64,000 nucleotides of DNA from Raillietiella orientalis. Taxonomy: Eukaryota. The notes beneath the pieces are model-generated. The model did not search any database, had not been told where the DNA came from, and saw only the letters and a program-made list of their open reading frames with translations. A program made the position numbers and the translations under genes. Shown here piece after piece: positions 1-12,900 of the stretch (the first letter of the stretch is position 1; each line of letters opens with the position of its first letter). The stretch lies in NCBI GenBank assembly GCA_036172245.1, contig JAYWIR010000031.1, forward strand, positions 1 to 64,000. Direction: 5' to 3'.

Positions 1-29
1 TCCTTGGCGCGGATAGACGCAGAAACACG

Positions 30-3000
30 TCTGCACTGTACGAGCGCAAGAGATCGAACGGATCTCCGGAGGGCGGCTATGGTACAGGTGTGGGAGACCG
101 AAAAGTTGCGGTGTTGCCTACTTGCTTCGGCCAGCCGTCGAGGCCGCGGCTCGGGGCGTGCGGTTCGACGATCACGGTCGTGTTAGCCAGCTGACACTCA
201 GGTGGTCCGACTCGATCGATCTGATCGTCACGAACGTGTACGCACCGAGCGGCAAGGACCTGATGAACAGCAGGGCGAGGAAAGAGTTTTTCCTAGCCCT
301 CCGGCGACACTGGCTGACCGAAGCAGGCGTGCGGAATGCCCATCTGGTTGCAGGCGATTTCAACGTTCGCCTGAAACCAGATGGGCAGAATCCCGAGCGT
401 GACCCGGTCAACGAGGTGTGCATGGCGGTGCACACCTGTAATTTGTTGGCCAGTGCACCGGGGATGGAAGAAAGCATCGACCACGAGTTTCTTGACGAGC
501 ACCTATGCCCTCGCGTGAGCAGGCGCTGCAAGTTACCGCGCGAGCTGTCCGACCATCGCCCGAAAGTTCTCTAGATCCCTCCGCGCGACAGGGGCCCCCC
601 CTCGTAAGCGTGGCGTCTCCCAGGGACTGGCTGAAGGTCCAGGACGCGGTGGAATATGTATGCACGTTCATACGGAGCTTCAGGAGGCGGACACTCCAGG
701 ATTGGGACCGCTTCAAGCGGTCGGTTTAGGAGTTCTGCGACCGGTTCCCTCTGCACCGCCTAGCTACGGGTTTTGGGACCGGGGTCCGTAACAAAGGAGC
801 CTATTTACAGGCCCGTCGTTACGCCAGGACCCCCGATATCCGCAGGCTGGCGAAATACAAAGCGGGAGCCGAGAGGCAAGCCTGGCAGTCCGGATCGGCC
901 AGCTTACTGGACGATCAGGGCCAGGAGCACTCGGCACCTGCCCAAATCCGCGGCCTGCTGCGGAGTTACTACTCTTCCCTGTATCCCAGGGCACCTCCGG
1001 AGAGGAACGTCTCACGACTCCTACTTCCGGAAGGCGCTTTAGCGATCGGGGAGGAGCAGAGAAAGACCCTCGACGAGCCTTTCACGATGGACGAGATCCT
1101 CTCGGCCATCGGAAAGCTCAAGAGGAGAAAGGCTCCAGGGAAGGATGGCCTGCCGCGGAGTTTTATCATACTTTCGCGGCTGAGCTTACCCACCTGGTAC
1201 AGCAACTCACCTTGCTGATACGCGAGACAGGTGACGTTCCCGCCTCGTTTCGTTCGGCAAAGGTGCGGCTCCTCCCTTAGGGAGGAGATCTGAGGAGCAT
1301 GAACAACTGGCGTCCCATCACAATAGTGAATGCGGACGCCAAGTTGCTAGCAAAGGTTTGGGCAGAGCATCTTGCACGGGTTGCCAACATCTTCATCAGC
1401 CCGGAACAGACATATGCTGTTCCAGGGCGAAGCATAGAGGCGAACCTGTACCACGCTTCCACCTGGCAAGAGCTCCAACATGAAAGGAGCTTGGTGCGCA
1501 GTCGGAATTCCGGTGCGTGCGCCGGCAAGGGGTTGGATGGTCGGGTAGGGGAGGGAGCCCTTGCGGTCGCAATCGACTTGCGAAAAGCATTCGATTGCGT
1601 CGACCAGAATCTCCTTCTGGAGCTTCTGGAACGCTTGGGCTTCCCGGCCTTATTAGTGGCCTATCTGCGCTCCAGCTGGCGCGACGCGCTCATCAATGTT
1701 ACTTTCAGCGGGCAGATCGTGCACAGCGTGCCGGTGCGGCGTGAGATCCGGCAGGGAGACAGCCTGAGCCCCTTGCTCTTCAGTACCTACGTTGAGTTGG
1801 TACTGAGAGCGTACAGGGGAACTCTGGCGCACCTGCCGCGCGACTGTGCCGGTACGCCGGCCGTTTCAGCGTACGCGGACGACCTTCTGCTGCTGCTCCC
1901 TATGTCCATCCCGGCTTCGGCAGTCGAGGAGTTCTTCGACCTGCTGCATCGGGGAACCGGACTTACGGTGAACAGAGCGAAGTCCTCCGTGATGCCAGTT
2001 GGTGTGGCGTGGGCAGGGTAGCAGGACTGGGTCTGTTTGGGGATCCCCACGGTGATGTACTTCAAGTACCATGGTGTACTGTTGGGGGACTACTCCCCTT
2101 CGGAAGCGTGGTCCTGCTGCCTGAAAAAAGTAGAGACGGCGATCGGCCCGTTCCGAGGCGGCAGGTTTTTCCTGCCTGAACGGGCCGTGGTTTGGAACAC
2201 GTTCGCGGCTCCTCTCCTCCGCCCCCTGCTTTTCGTTTTTCCCCCCACAGAGAGGATCAAAAAGCGGACAAAGGACCTCCTCCGTATCGCCCTTTGAGGC
2301 AACGGGAGGGCCCGAGTCCGCTTAAAGGACTTGTGCGCTCCTCGTCGGGACGGTGGTCTGGGCCTCCTGACGCTGGAGCGACTGGAGCTTCAGCTCCAGT
2401 TCCAAATGTCGGCACTTGTTCCAGAGTTGTGGTGCACCTGTTGGTGCGTCCCTGAACGTCTCCTCCTCCAGCAAGCCACCGGCAAGACGGGACTGACGTC
2501 GTTTCTTGCACTCCGTCGCCGCGTCAACCGATGCGAACTCCAGCTACGGAGGGTGGCTGCGCTGTATCGGAAAAACCCAGGATTGCTCACCTGTCGCCCT
2601 TTCAACGGTAGTACCTGGTTGCAGGAAACCGTTCGAACGTGGGGACAGTTCAACATGCAACGCTCCCAACAGGAACGAAGGTTCCTGTTTGGGGGTTACA
2701 GAAGTTGCACGCTCCGCGAGATCCTGGAGGATCCAAAGAAGAGAGCGTGGGCAGGAAGAACCCCCCTCGCTGCTGCGCTGCCCTCCCTGATGGAAGATCT
2801 GGACAGCGATGTTGCGGCGAAGTTGGAGGTTTCAGTTCCAATCTCCAAAAAGGAGAAGAAGATAGGAGAGTGGAAGACGAGCCAGTTAACAGACGCTGCG
2901 TCCCCGAGTACGCCTCCCAATGGACTTCTGCGCTGGGGCGCGCTGCTCGATATTCCCATTGAACATCTGAAGTGGCCCCCGGTGCTCATGAACACTTCCG

Positions 3001-3688
3001 CCCTCCCCTTAAAATGGCAGAAGTCGGCTCTCCTGTTGCAGCACTGGGGACTCCCCTGCAACGCCCGCCGACACCACTGGACCTGGGGAGCGGTGGACCC
3101 CAATTGCGTCAGGTGTGGGGAACGGGAGTCCCTCCCCCACCTGCTTGTGGATTGTGTTGCCCTTCGGCCCCTTTGGTTCCTCTTTGCCGCGGCCATCGGA
3201 ATACTCTGCGGCAATTCCAGGGACGCACTGAAAGCCCTCTTCGTTGCCGACGCCCTTCGGCCAGCGGCCTCGTTAGCAGCTTTGTGCTGCCTACGCGGGA
3301 TCGTCACCGCTTGGAGCAAGGCTACGGGAGGATAACGCGACCAGGGTGCCATCCAGCCAGCCTCCCAGTTCCTGAGCAAAGCGTCCCGATGGCCCCACCT
3401 GGATCCAGGAATACACAAGGAGCTTGCCGGCATCCTGCAAAGGATGCAACGGCCCCACCAGCAACTGTGATCCCTTCCCTTACCCTCCCAAGTTTTCTTT
3501 TCTTTTTTGTTTTGTTTTTTGTTTTTTCCCCTTCCTCCTGCTGCCGTGGTGGACCGTATTGGTCTGCGATCCGGTGACCCGGCAGGCTCTGTGTTTCTTC
3601 GTGCGTGGCTGGAACAATGGTCCAGTCACCGCACGTCTTTGTAAATGTTTATTTTACAATTAACGCTCCGTCGAAATCCGGGTGAAAA
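30..3688 (+). mobile_element. L1/Tx1-type non-LTR retrotransposon, subfamily A copy 1 (5'-truncated, disrupted ORF2 plus complete 3' UTR)
   Basis: APE motifs NVYAP, GDFN and SDH (ORF 122-574); RT motifs NWRPITIVN, DLRKAFD, QGDSLSPLLF and YADD (1299-2021); C-terminal CxxC..ESxxH..C finger (2331-3335); several stops and frameshifts; 3' UTR ends ...ccgggtgaaaa at 3688. Confidence 0.93.
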
Positions 3689-4117
3689 TCGATTTGCATA
3701 AAGCATTCGAGTGTGTCGACCAGAGGCTCCTCCTGGAGCTCCTGGAACGCTTGGGCTTCCCGGTCTCTTTGCTGACCTACCTGCGATCCTGCTGGCGCGA
3801 CGCGGTCATCCAGATCTTTTTCAGTGGACACACCATGCACGGCGTACCGGTGCAACGCGGCATACGGCAGGGAGACAGCATGACTCGCTTGCTCTTCAGT
3901 ACCTACTTCGAGTTGGTACTGAGAGCGTACAGGGAAACTCTAGCGCACCTGCCGCGCGACTATCCCGGTACGCCCGCGGTGTCAGCATATGCGGACGACC
4001 TACTGCTGCTGCTCCCTATGTCCACCCCGGCATCGGCGGTCGAGGAGTTCTTCGACCTGCTAAGTCGGGGAACCGGGCTTGAGGTTAACAGGGCGAAGTC
4101 ATCTGTCATGGCAATCG
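3689..4117 (+). mobile_element. RT-core fragment of subfamily B fused to the 3' end of A
   Basis: DLHKAF...QGDS...YADD in ORF 3682-4185; near-identical to the reverse complement of 9484-9912. Confidence 0.9.
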
Positions 4118-4743
4118 AAAATGGAGGGTTTCGGCCACAGTACGTGCACCTCACCGTATTTCCGCAATTCCTCACCAACCGCTGACCGCGTCATGCGGCT
4201 GGTGATGCCAGTCATGTGGTCCACCACGGAGCGGTCCATTGATACTGGCAGGATCTTGCGGCCGTCTACGTTCAGCGGCGCATGGATTAGGCGGTGAGCC
4301 AAGGTGACATCTTTGCAGACCACCTCGACCCGCTGCCCGCCGCCGAGGACGGAGAGGCCGTCCAGATCCTTCTCATTAACGTTCGCGTCCTTCAACGCTA
4401 TGCCGAAGGCGCGCGCTGTCCGGCCGTCGAACAAGTTGCCTACCTGGTAGACAAGCGATGGCTTGTACCCGGAGGCCTTGTATGCGGCCATCTCCGCCAT
4501 GGCTTCTGCGCTGGGCGCGGCCACCATGGCGCTCCATGTCCTCGGCGTGGCCGGGGATGATTCCGGGGCGGCTGCCCCTGCTCCAGTAGGCTGTGGGGGC
4601 GAACTAGCCTCCCCCACTCCCACCTCTATCGCGGTGTCCTCTGGCGTCGTGACCATTGGACATCGACGATGTACACAAAACACCACACACAAGAAAGCGC
4701 TTTCCTACTACCCTTTGAGGAGTGAAGGAAAAACACGTCCTCC
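4118..4743 (-). mobile_element. 5' end and ORF1 N-terminus of an L1/Tx1 element (segment C)
   Basis: MVTTPEDTAIEVGVGEA...YKPSLVY...DRSVV is homologous to the ORF1 start of element G (MAEMPEDTAMEVGGGEA); GGACGTG motif at 4734-4740. Confidence 0.8.
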
Positions 4744-5030
4744 AACTGGCCGTGGAGGTTGCTGGCTGCAACGAGGCTGCCAGATCCTCCGTGGCTCGCG
4801 CGAAGGCTACGTCATCGATGGTAGTGTCGATGACGGACGCCGCCGCCGGCTCGCTCCCCTCGCTGTTGACAGAGTCAACAGAGGGGTTGTCGTCGGTAGC
4901 GGCGAGTTCTTTCTCGCAGCTGTCGGGAATACGCTCCACGACAACGGCCGCACGGACCTGTTCTGTGTTGCTCCTCGAGCGTGATTCCTTTCCGTCTTCT
5001 TGTGTGAAGTGTGCTCGAGTGCGTCCACTG
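4744..5030 (-). mobile_element. Internal ORF1 fragment of subfamily A
   Basis: VERIPDSCEKELAA...FARATEDLAASLQP matches 14090-14268 with few substitutions; right boundary approximate. Confidence 0.8.
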
Positions 5031-7780
5031 GAATTTTCACGGAGGCCCTGCAGCAAAAGATGGATGTGGAGGCTGCTACTGGCAGTAGAGACTCTACTCC
5101 AGATGTCCGCTCCGCCTCTGATTCTTGTGTCTCGCCACCGGCGAGAAGCTTCGCCGCCGTCGTCAAGGCGGCGGCAGCCAACGGAGCACCGCCCGACGAA
5201 GCGGAGCTGCAGGCATATGCGGCCCATGGCTACAAGTCTGCGCTCTGCTATCCGGTGAGTGCTGCGATCTCCGACGGGGTCGGAGAAAATCTATGGGATG
5301 AGCTTTTGCGCGTCGGGGACCGACAGGACGACCTCCTGGCCGTCATGCCGGTTAACGCGCTCGGACACTGGAAGGTGGACTGCAAAGAGGCATCCCTAGT
5401 CCAGAGCCTTCTCCGAACCCCGCTAAATATCTGCGGGAAGGTAGTCGTCCCGTCGGCCATGGACCAGTCGTTCGTGGTCCGATTGTCCGCCGTCCAGGAC
5501 ACGCCCGATCGCGTGCTCGTCGCTGCACTTAGTGCATTCGCCACGGTGCACGCGCTGTGGAGAGCAGACAATCCGATCAAAAGGATTGCATCTCTTTACA
5601 GCAGACTTTCCATGGCGCGTGTCACCATGGCGGATAGGAGGCAAATGCCTCCGCACTTTCAGGTGGGCGATGCGATCGTCCACCTTAAATTTGCCGGTCA
5701 GCGACCGACTTGCGGCATTTGCGGTGCAGAGGGCCACCGTCCGTGGACGTGCCCTTCACGCAACTGCCGCTATTGTAAACAGCTTGGCCACTCCATCAAA
5801 GAGTGCGCCGAGCTGAAGAGAAAGAAGCAGGCGAAAAGCCGCCAACAATCTACCCCGTCCGCCCCGAAAAGATCCCCCGTTGTGCCACGGGAGAAATCGG
5901 GCGCGAAGGGCGGGGCATCTTCGAGTGGTGGTTCTGCGAAAAAGGGCGCGGTTGCTTCAGGGAAGCCACCATCCCAGACAGCCGCGCAGACGGGAAAGTT
6001 GCCACGTCGCCCTGGGGGCAAATCGCCCCCTCCGAAGCAGCCTAAGAGTGCGGGCACGCACTCAATCAAGGCTGGTGAACCGTCCGCGTCCGCTTGCGCG
6101 TCCAGCGGAGCACACGGGAAACCGTGCGCGGTAACCCTCGGAGCTGCCTCTGAACGGCACTCTCCTCTTACGGCGGTGGAGATCACGTCTTCCACGCCGA
6201 AGGCACGAGCAGCGAAGGCTGCAATAGCGCCTCGCGGGACGACGGCAATGACCGCCGTTTCGCCCGCATCGGCTAAGGAGCAGGTGCAGTGCGTAACGGG
6301 GACGGAGCCGTCTCCCGCCGCTAGCGCGAAACGTGAGCCGGCATCTCCGGCCAAACAATTGAGGGAGGCGTCGTCCTCCCAGGAAAGCGTCCCCGACGCG
6401 GGCTGTAGTCGCGTCTCCAGGACGCCCACAAAGGGGAAGAAGAAGGTTGACCCTTCAATATTCCCCATCCTTAAGGTGGGTGGGAGGCAAAAGAGAAGCA
6501 CGGCGAAGAAGGTGCGTACCCAGGTACGCACTACGGCTGCGTGCTCTGTCTCTGTCGCTTCGCGCGAGAGAGCGGCTGCGGAAGCCAAAGCTCCGGAAGC
6601 TGCGTTGGCGACTGCGACAACTTCCTCGCGGGCAGGGCAAGCCTCCACCTGCCGAAACAAAAAGAGACTGGCAAAACGTCAGTCTCGCGCCAGGTACTCG
6701 GAATCCGAGGTGGAGTCCGAGTGCAAACAAATGGGGCGCGCATCCCGGGGTAAGCCGGTAGCGCGCCGGGCTAAAGTGCGAAAGCACGATCCTGTTGCCG
6801 GATGCGGTTCCGGTTCCTGCACGGAGACCGAGGCGATGATCCTCGGCTCTTAGGACTCAGCTGGGCGCGATGTGGCGGCGAAATGGAGCGATTCCGCTTC
6901 CCAATCCGCTCTCCTACCAGCTGACTTCTCGCCGGACTGGGCGAGGAGCACGCCGTCATGTCCGCAGCAGTGATGCGTGGACTCGCGTCCGCTCGTCGAG
7001 TCAGCGTGGCCTGTTGGAATGTCAACGGGCTACGTGATGCTGACAAAAGTCGGATGGTTGCCAACGCTTTGCGCGCGTTCGATCTGGTGCTGCTGCAGGA
7101 GATACATAGCATCTCCAAACTGCAGGCATCGGATCTGGAAGAGTGCGCGGGCGGGACGCTACACTGGCGGCAAGGCTCCGCCCACACGTGTGGAGTCGCG
7201 TTCCTCGTCCGAGGCAGGGTGGCGGAGACGGTGCGGAACGTTTGTTTCGACGAGGAAGGTCGTGTGGGCCAACTTGTCCTCAAGTGGTCCGAATCGATCG
7301 ACCTGTTCGTTACGAACATCTACGCGCAGAGCGGCGACCGGCATTACGCCCTGCGACTTGCATTCCTGGGTGGCCTGCGCAGCCGCTGGCTCGCTGACTC
7401 CGGCCCTAACGTGGCGCACCTCCTTGCAGGAGACTTCAACGTCCACCTGCTAACAGAGGAGAGATGCCGCTTGAGGGAGAAGAAACTGGTGAGCGAGGTA
7501 TGCGCGTCCGTGTGCGTGCAAAACTTGCTTGCTGGTGAGCCCGGGATGGAGAGATCGCCGGACCATGCGTTCCTCGATGAACACCTGCTCTCAAGAGTAG
7601 GTCGGAGAGGGCGCCCGCTGTCCGCGATTCCGGATCATCCCAGACTGGAATTCGAGCTCCTCCCGCCTGGCAAAGGGCCTCCGATGAATGTCTAAGGGTT
7701 GCCGGCCGACTGGTTTAGCAATTCGGAGGCGGCGGAGCATCTTCGCCAACACCTCCGGGGCTTCGCCATCCGTGAACTCG
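5031..7780 (+). mobile_element. Subfamily D element: ORF1 plus endonuclease domain, 3'-truncated
   Basis: ORF1 with two CCHC knuckles (CGICGAEGHRPWTC, CRYCKQLGHSIKEC); ORF2 start with WNVNG, LQEIH, NIYA and GDFN. Confidence 0.92.
5060..6973 (+). pseudogene. ORF1 (gag-like nucleic-acid-binding protein) of element D, with premature TAG at 6851
   Basis: Long ORF with RRM-like region, two CCHC knuckles and a basic low-complexity tail; the frame continues past the 6851 stop to TGA 6971-6973, which overlaps the ORF2 ATG. Confidence 0.8.
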
Positions 7781-9912
7781 ATTTTCACCCGGTTGCGCCG
7801 GGGCGTTTATTCTTTAGAATAAAACAAACGTTGGTGGCTGACCAGGTGGTCCGACCACGTACTGGTATACAAAATTAAGCCTGCCGGGTCACCGGTTCGT
7901 ATTCCGGCACGCTCCACCACGACAGCAGAGGGGCCAAGGACAAAACAAAAAATAAAACAAAAAAAACAGAAATATATAAAATCAAGATCTGAGGGGCACG
8001 GGAAGGGATCACAGTCTGCTGTGGGGCCGTTACATCCTTTGCAAGATGCCGGCAAGCTGTTTTTGGATGTTTGAATCCAGATGGGTCCATCCTGTCGCCG
8101 TCCGCATAATTTCGGCTGCGCACTGGACGGCACCCCTATCGCGAGGTCCTCCCGTTGCTTTGCTCCATGCAGCGATGATCCCGCGAAAGCAGCACAGAGC
8201 TGCTAACGCGGCCGAGGGCCGAAGGGCGTCGCAAACGAAGAGGGATCTGGTTGCGTCTCTGGGGTTGCCACAGGGGTTACCGATTGCCGCGGCAAAACGG
8301 TTCCAAAGGAGCCGAACAGCCACACAATCCAAAAGGAGGTGAGTGAGGAACTCCCGTTCTCCACACCTCGCACAATTAGGGCTCACCGCTCCTCAGGTCC
8401 AATGGTGTCGGCGGGCGTTGCAGGGGAGTCCCCAATGCAGCAACAATAGCGCCGACTCCTGCCATTTTAAGGGGAGGGTGGAGGTGTTCATCAGCACCGG
8501 GGGCCACTTCAATTGTTACCGCGGTACATTTAGCAGCTCTCCCCAGCGCAAAAGTCCAATAGCGGTGGTAGTCCGGGACGCTGTATCGCAGAGAATTCCC
8601 GTTTTCCATTCCCCGATCTTTGTCTCCGTACCGGAGATTTTAACGTAAACATCCCATTTCGCAGCAGTGTTGCCGTTTAAATGTTCCGCGAACAAAAACA
8701 GCATTGCAAGGAGGGGAGTTTTTCTTGCCTACGCTCGTTTTTGGGGGTTCTCCAGGATCTCCCGGAGCGTGAGGCGGTCATTACGGGCGAAGAATTGTCT
8801 CTGCTTTTCTTGGGTGCGTTGCTTGTCGCTCCTTGCCCACGTCTGAACCGTTTCCTGCAGCCATGCAGGTCCGTCAACGGGGCGACAGCAGAGCCATCCT
8901 GCGTTCTTCCTCATCAGATCAGCCACTCTCGGTAGCTGCAACCAGCAGTGACCGACTTGGCGGCGACGACGGAGCGCAAGGAAGGAAGACAGTCCCACCT
9001 TGCCTGTAGCCTGCTCGACGAGGAGACGTTCGGGCTCGCACCAACTGCTACTCCAATATTTCGCCACTAGGGCGAGTAACCGAAACTGGAGCTGGAGCTC
9101 CAGCCGCTCTAGCGTCAGGAGGCCGAGACCGCCGTCCCGACGCGGAGCGCTCAAGTCCTCAAGGCGGACTCGGGCCCTCCCATTACCCCACAGCGCAATC
9201 CTTAGGAGGTCCTTCGTCCGCTTTTTAGTTTCTGGGGTGGGGGGACAAACAAAAAGCAGGGAACGGAGGAGGGGAGAAGCGAATGCGTTCCACACCGCGG
9301 CCCGTTCCGGCAGGAAAAACCTGCGGCCTTGGAACGGGCCGATCGCCGTCTCTACCTTTTGAAGGCAGCTGGACCACGCATCCGAAGGGAGATAATCACC
9401 CAACGGTACACCGAGGTACTTGAAGTACCATACCGTGGGTATCCCCAAACGGACCCAGTCCGGCTGCCCTGCCCACGCCACACCGATTGCCATGACAGAT
9501 GACATCGCCCTGTTAACCTCAAGCCCGGTTCCCCGACTTAGCAGGTCGAAGAACTCCTCGACCGCCGATGCCGGGGTGGACATAGGGAGCAGCAGCAGTA
9601 GGTCGTCCGCATATGCTGACACCGCGGGCGTACCGGGATAGTCGCGCGGCAGGTGCGCTAGAGTTTCCCTGTACGCTCTCAGTACCAACTCGAAGTAGGT
9701 ACTGAAGAGCAAGCGAGTCAGGCTATCTCCCTCCCGTATGCCGCGTAGCACCGGTACGCCGTGCATGGTGTGTCCACTGAAAAAGATCTGGATGAGCGCG
9801 TCGCGCCAGCAGGATCGCAGGTAGGTCAGCAAAGAGACCGGGAAGCCCAAGCGTTCCAGGAGCTCCAGGAGGAGCCTCTGGTCGACACACTCGAATGCTT
9901 TATGCAGATCGA
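7781..9912 (-). mobile_element. Subfamily B, 3' half (RT core, zinc finger, 3' UTR)
   Basis: ORF 8729-9919 with YADD and FKYLGV; CARCGERE..H..C at 8030-8386; AATAAA plus terminal hairpin at 7781-7811. Confidence 0.92.
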
Positions 9913-12900
9913 TTTTCACCCGGATTTCGACGGAGCGTTAATTGTAAAATAAACATTTACAAAGACGTGCGGTGACTGGACCATTGCTCCAGCCACGCAC
10001 GAAGAAACACAGAGCCTGCCGGGTCACCGGATCGCAGACCTGTACGGTCCACCACGGCAGCAGGAGGAAGGGGGAAAAACAAAAAACAAAACAAAAAAGA
10101 AAAGAAAACTTGGGAGGGTAAGGGAAGGGATCACAGTTGCTGGTGGGGCTGTTGCATCCTTTGCAGGATGCCGGCAAGCTCCTTCTGTATTCCTGGATCC
10201 AGGTGGGGCCATCGGGACGCTTTGCTCAGGAACTGGGAGGCTGGATGGATGACACCCTGGTCGCGTTGTCCTCCCGTAGCCTTGCTCCAAGCGGTAACGA
10301 TCCCGCGTAGGCAGCACAAAGCTGCTAACGAGGCCGCTGGCCGAAGGGCGTCGGCAACGAAGAGGGCTTTCAGTGCGTCCCTGGAATTGCCGCAGAGGAT
10401 TCCGATGGCCGCGGCAAAGCGAAACCAAAGGGGCCGAAGGGCAACGCAATCCACTAGCAGGTGGGGGAGGGACTCCCGTTCCCCACACCTGACGCAATTG
10501 GGGTCCACCGCTCCCCAGGTCCAGTGGTGTCGGCGGGCGTTGCAGGGGAGTCCCCAGTGCTGCAACAGGAGAGCCGACTTCTGCCATTTTAAGGGGAGGG
10601 CGGAAGTGTTCATGAGCACCGGGGGCCACTTCAGATGTTCAATGGGAATATCGAGCAGCGCGCCCCAGCGCAGAAGTCCATTGGGAGGCGTACTCGGGGA
10701 CGCAGCGTCTGTTAACTGGCTCGTCTTCCACTCTCCTATCTTCTTCTCCTTTTTGGAGATTGGAACTGAAACCTCCAACTTCGCCGCAACATCGCTGTCC
10801 AGATCTTCCATCAGGGAGGGCAGCGCAGCAGCGAGGGGGGTTCTTCCTGCCCACGCTCTCTTCTTTGGATCCTCCAGGATCTCGCGGAGCGTGCAACTTC
10901 TGTAACCCCCAAACAGGAACCTTCGTTCCTGTTGGGAGCGTTGCATGCCGAACTGTCCCCACGTTCGAACGGTTTCCTGCAACCAGGCACTACCGTTCAA
11001 AGGGCGACAGGTGAGCAATCCTGGGTTTTTCCGATACAGCGCAGCCACCCTCCGTAGCTGGAGTCCGCATCGGTTGACGCGGCGACGGAGTGCAAGAAAC
11101 GACGTCAGTCCCGTCTTGCCGGTGGCTTGCTGGAGAAGGAGACGTGCAGGGACGCACCAACAGGTGCACCACAACTCTGGAACGAGTGCCGACAATCGGA
11201 ACTGGAGCTGAAGCTCCAGCCGCTCCAGCGTCAGGAGGCCCAGACCACCGTCCCGACGAGGAGCGCACAAGTCCTTTAAGCGGACTCGGGCCCTCCCGTT
11301 GCCCCAAAGGGCGATACGGAGGAGGTCCTTTGTCCGCTTTTTAATCCTCTCTGTGGGGGGGCAAACAAAAAGCAGGGGGCGGAGGAGAGGAGCCGCGAAC
11401 GTGTTCCAAACCGCGGCCCGTTCAGGCAGGAAAAACCTGCCGCCTCGGAACGGGCCGATCGCCGTCTCTACTTTTTGCAGGCAGCAGGACCACGCTTCCG
11501 AAGGGTAGTAGTCCCCCAACGGCACACCAAGGTACTTGAAGTACCTCACCGTGGGGATCCCCAAACGGACCCAGTCCTGCTGCCCTGCCCACGCCGCACC
11601 AACTGGCATCACGGACGACTTCGCCCTGTTCACCGTAAGTCCGGTTCCCCGATGCAGCAGGTCGAAGAACTCCTCGACCGCCGCAGCCGGGGTGGACATA
11701 GGAAGCAGCAGCAGAAGGTCGTCCCCGTACGCTGAAACGGCCGGCGTACCGGCACAGTCGTGCGGCAGGTGCGCCAGAGTTCCCCTGTACGCTCTCAGTA
11801 CCAGCTCAAAGTAGGTACTGAAGAGCAAGGGGCTCAGGCTGTCTCCCTGCCGGATCCCACGCCGCACCGGCACGCCGTGCACGGTCTGCCCGCTGAAAGT
11901 AACGTTGATGAGCGCGTCGCGCCAGCAGGAGCGCAGATAGGCCACTAATGAGGCCGAGAAGCCCAAGCGTTCCAGAAGCTCCAGAAGGAGATTCTGGTCC
12001 ACGCAATCGAATGCTTTCCGCAAGTTGATTGCGACCCCAAGGGCTCCCTCCCCCACCCGACCATCCAACCCCTTGCCAACGCACGCACCGGAATTCCGGC
12101 TGCGCACCAAGCTCCTTTCATGTTTAGGCTCTAGCCAGGTGAAAGCGTGGAACAGGTTCGCCTCCATGCTTCGCACGGGAGCAGCATATGTCTGTTCCGG
12201 GCTGATGAAAATGTTGGCAACCCGTCCCAGACGCTCTGCCCAAACCTTTGCTAGCAACTTGGCGTCCGCATTCACTATTGTGATGGGACGCCAGTTGTTT
12301 ATGCTCCTCAGATCTCCTCCCTTAGGGAGGAGCCAAACCGTTGCCGAACGAAACGAGGCGGGAACGTCACCTGTCTCGCGTATCAGCAAGGTGACTTGCT
12401 GTACCAGGGGGTAAGCTCAGCCGCGAAAGTTTGGTAAAACTCCGCGGGCAGGCCGTCCTCCCCTGGAGCCTTGCGCCCCATGAGCTTTCCGATGGCCGAG
12501 AGGATCTCCTCCATCGTGAAAGGCTCGTCGAGGGTCTTTCTCTGCTCCTCCCCGATCGCTGGAGCGCCTTCCGGAAGCAGGAGTCGTGAGTCGTTCCTCT
12601 CCGAAGGTGCCTTGGCATACAGGGAGGAGTAGTAACTCCGCAGCAGGCCGCGGATTTGGGCAGGTGCCGAGTGCTCCTAGCCCTGATCGTCCAGCACGTG
12701 GCCGATCCGGACTGCCAGGCTTACCTCTCGGCTCCCGCTCTGTATTCCGCCAGCCTGCGGATGTCGGGGGTCCTGGCGTAATGACGGGCTTGCAGGTAGG
12801 CTCGTTCGTTACGGACCCCGGTCCCAAAACCCGTAGGTAGGCTGTGCAGAGGGAACTGGTCGCAGAACTCCTGGACCGCCCGTTTGAAGCGGTCCCAATC

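Noticed and set aside
261..284. CTGATGA...GAAA hammerhead core
   Set aside because: It lies in EN coding sequence without flanking stems and is not conserved in the second A copy.
700..8400. RIP/APOBEC-like hypermutation (several CAG>TAG, CAA>TAA and TGG>TGA stops)
   Set aside because: A spot comparison of the two A copies also shows many transversions, and stop codons are a biased sample.
10131..12389. 752-aa RT ORF as a domesticated or active gene
   Set aside because: The upstream EN region is frameshifted, YADD is changed to YGDD, and it is nearly identical to a disrupted copy.
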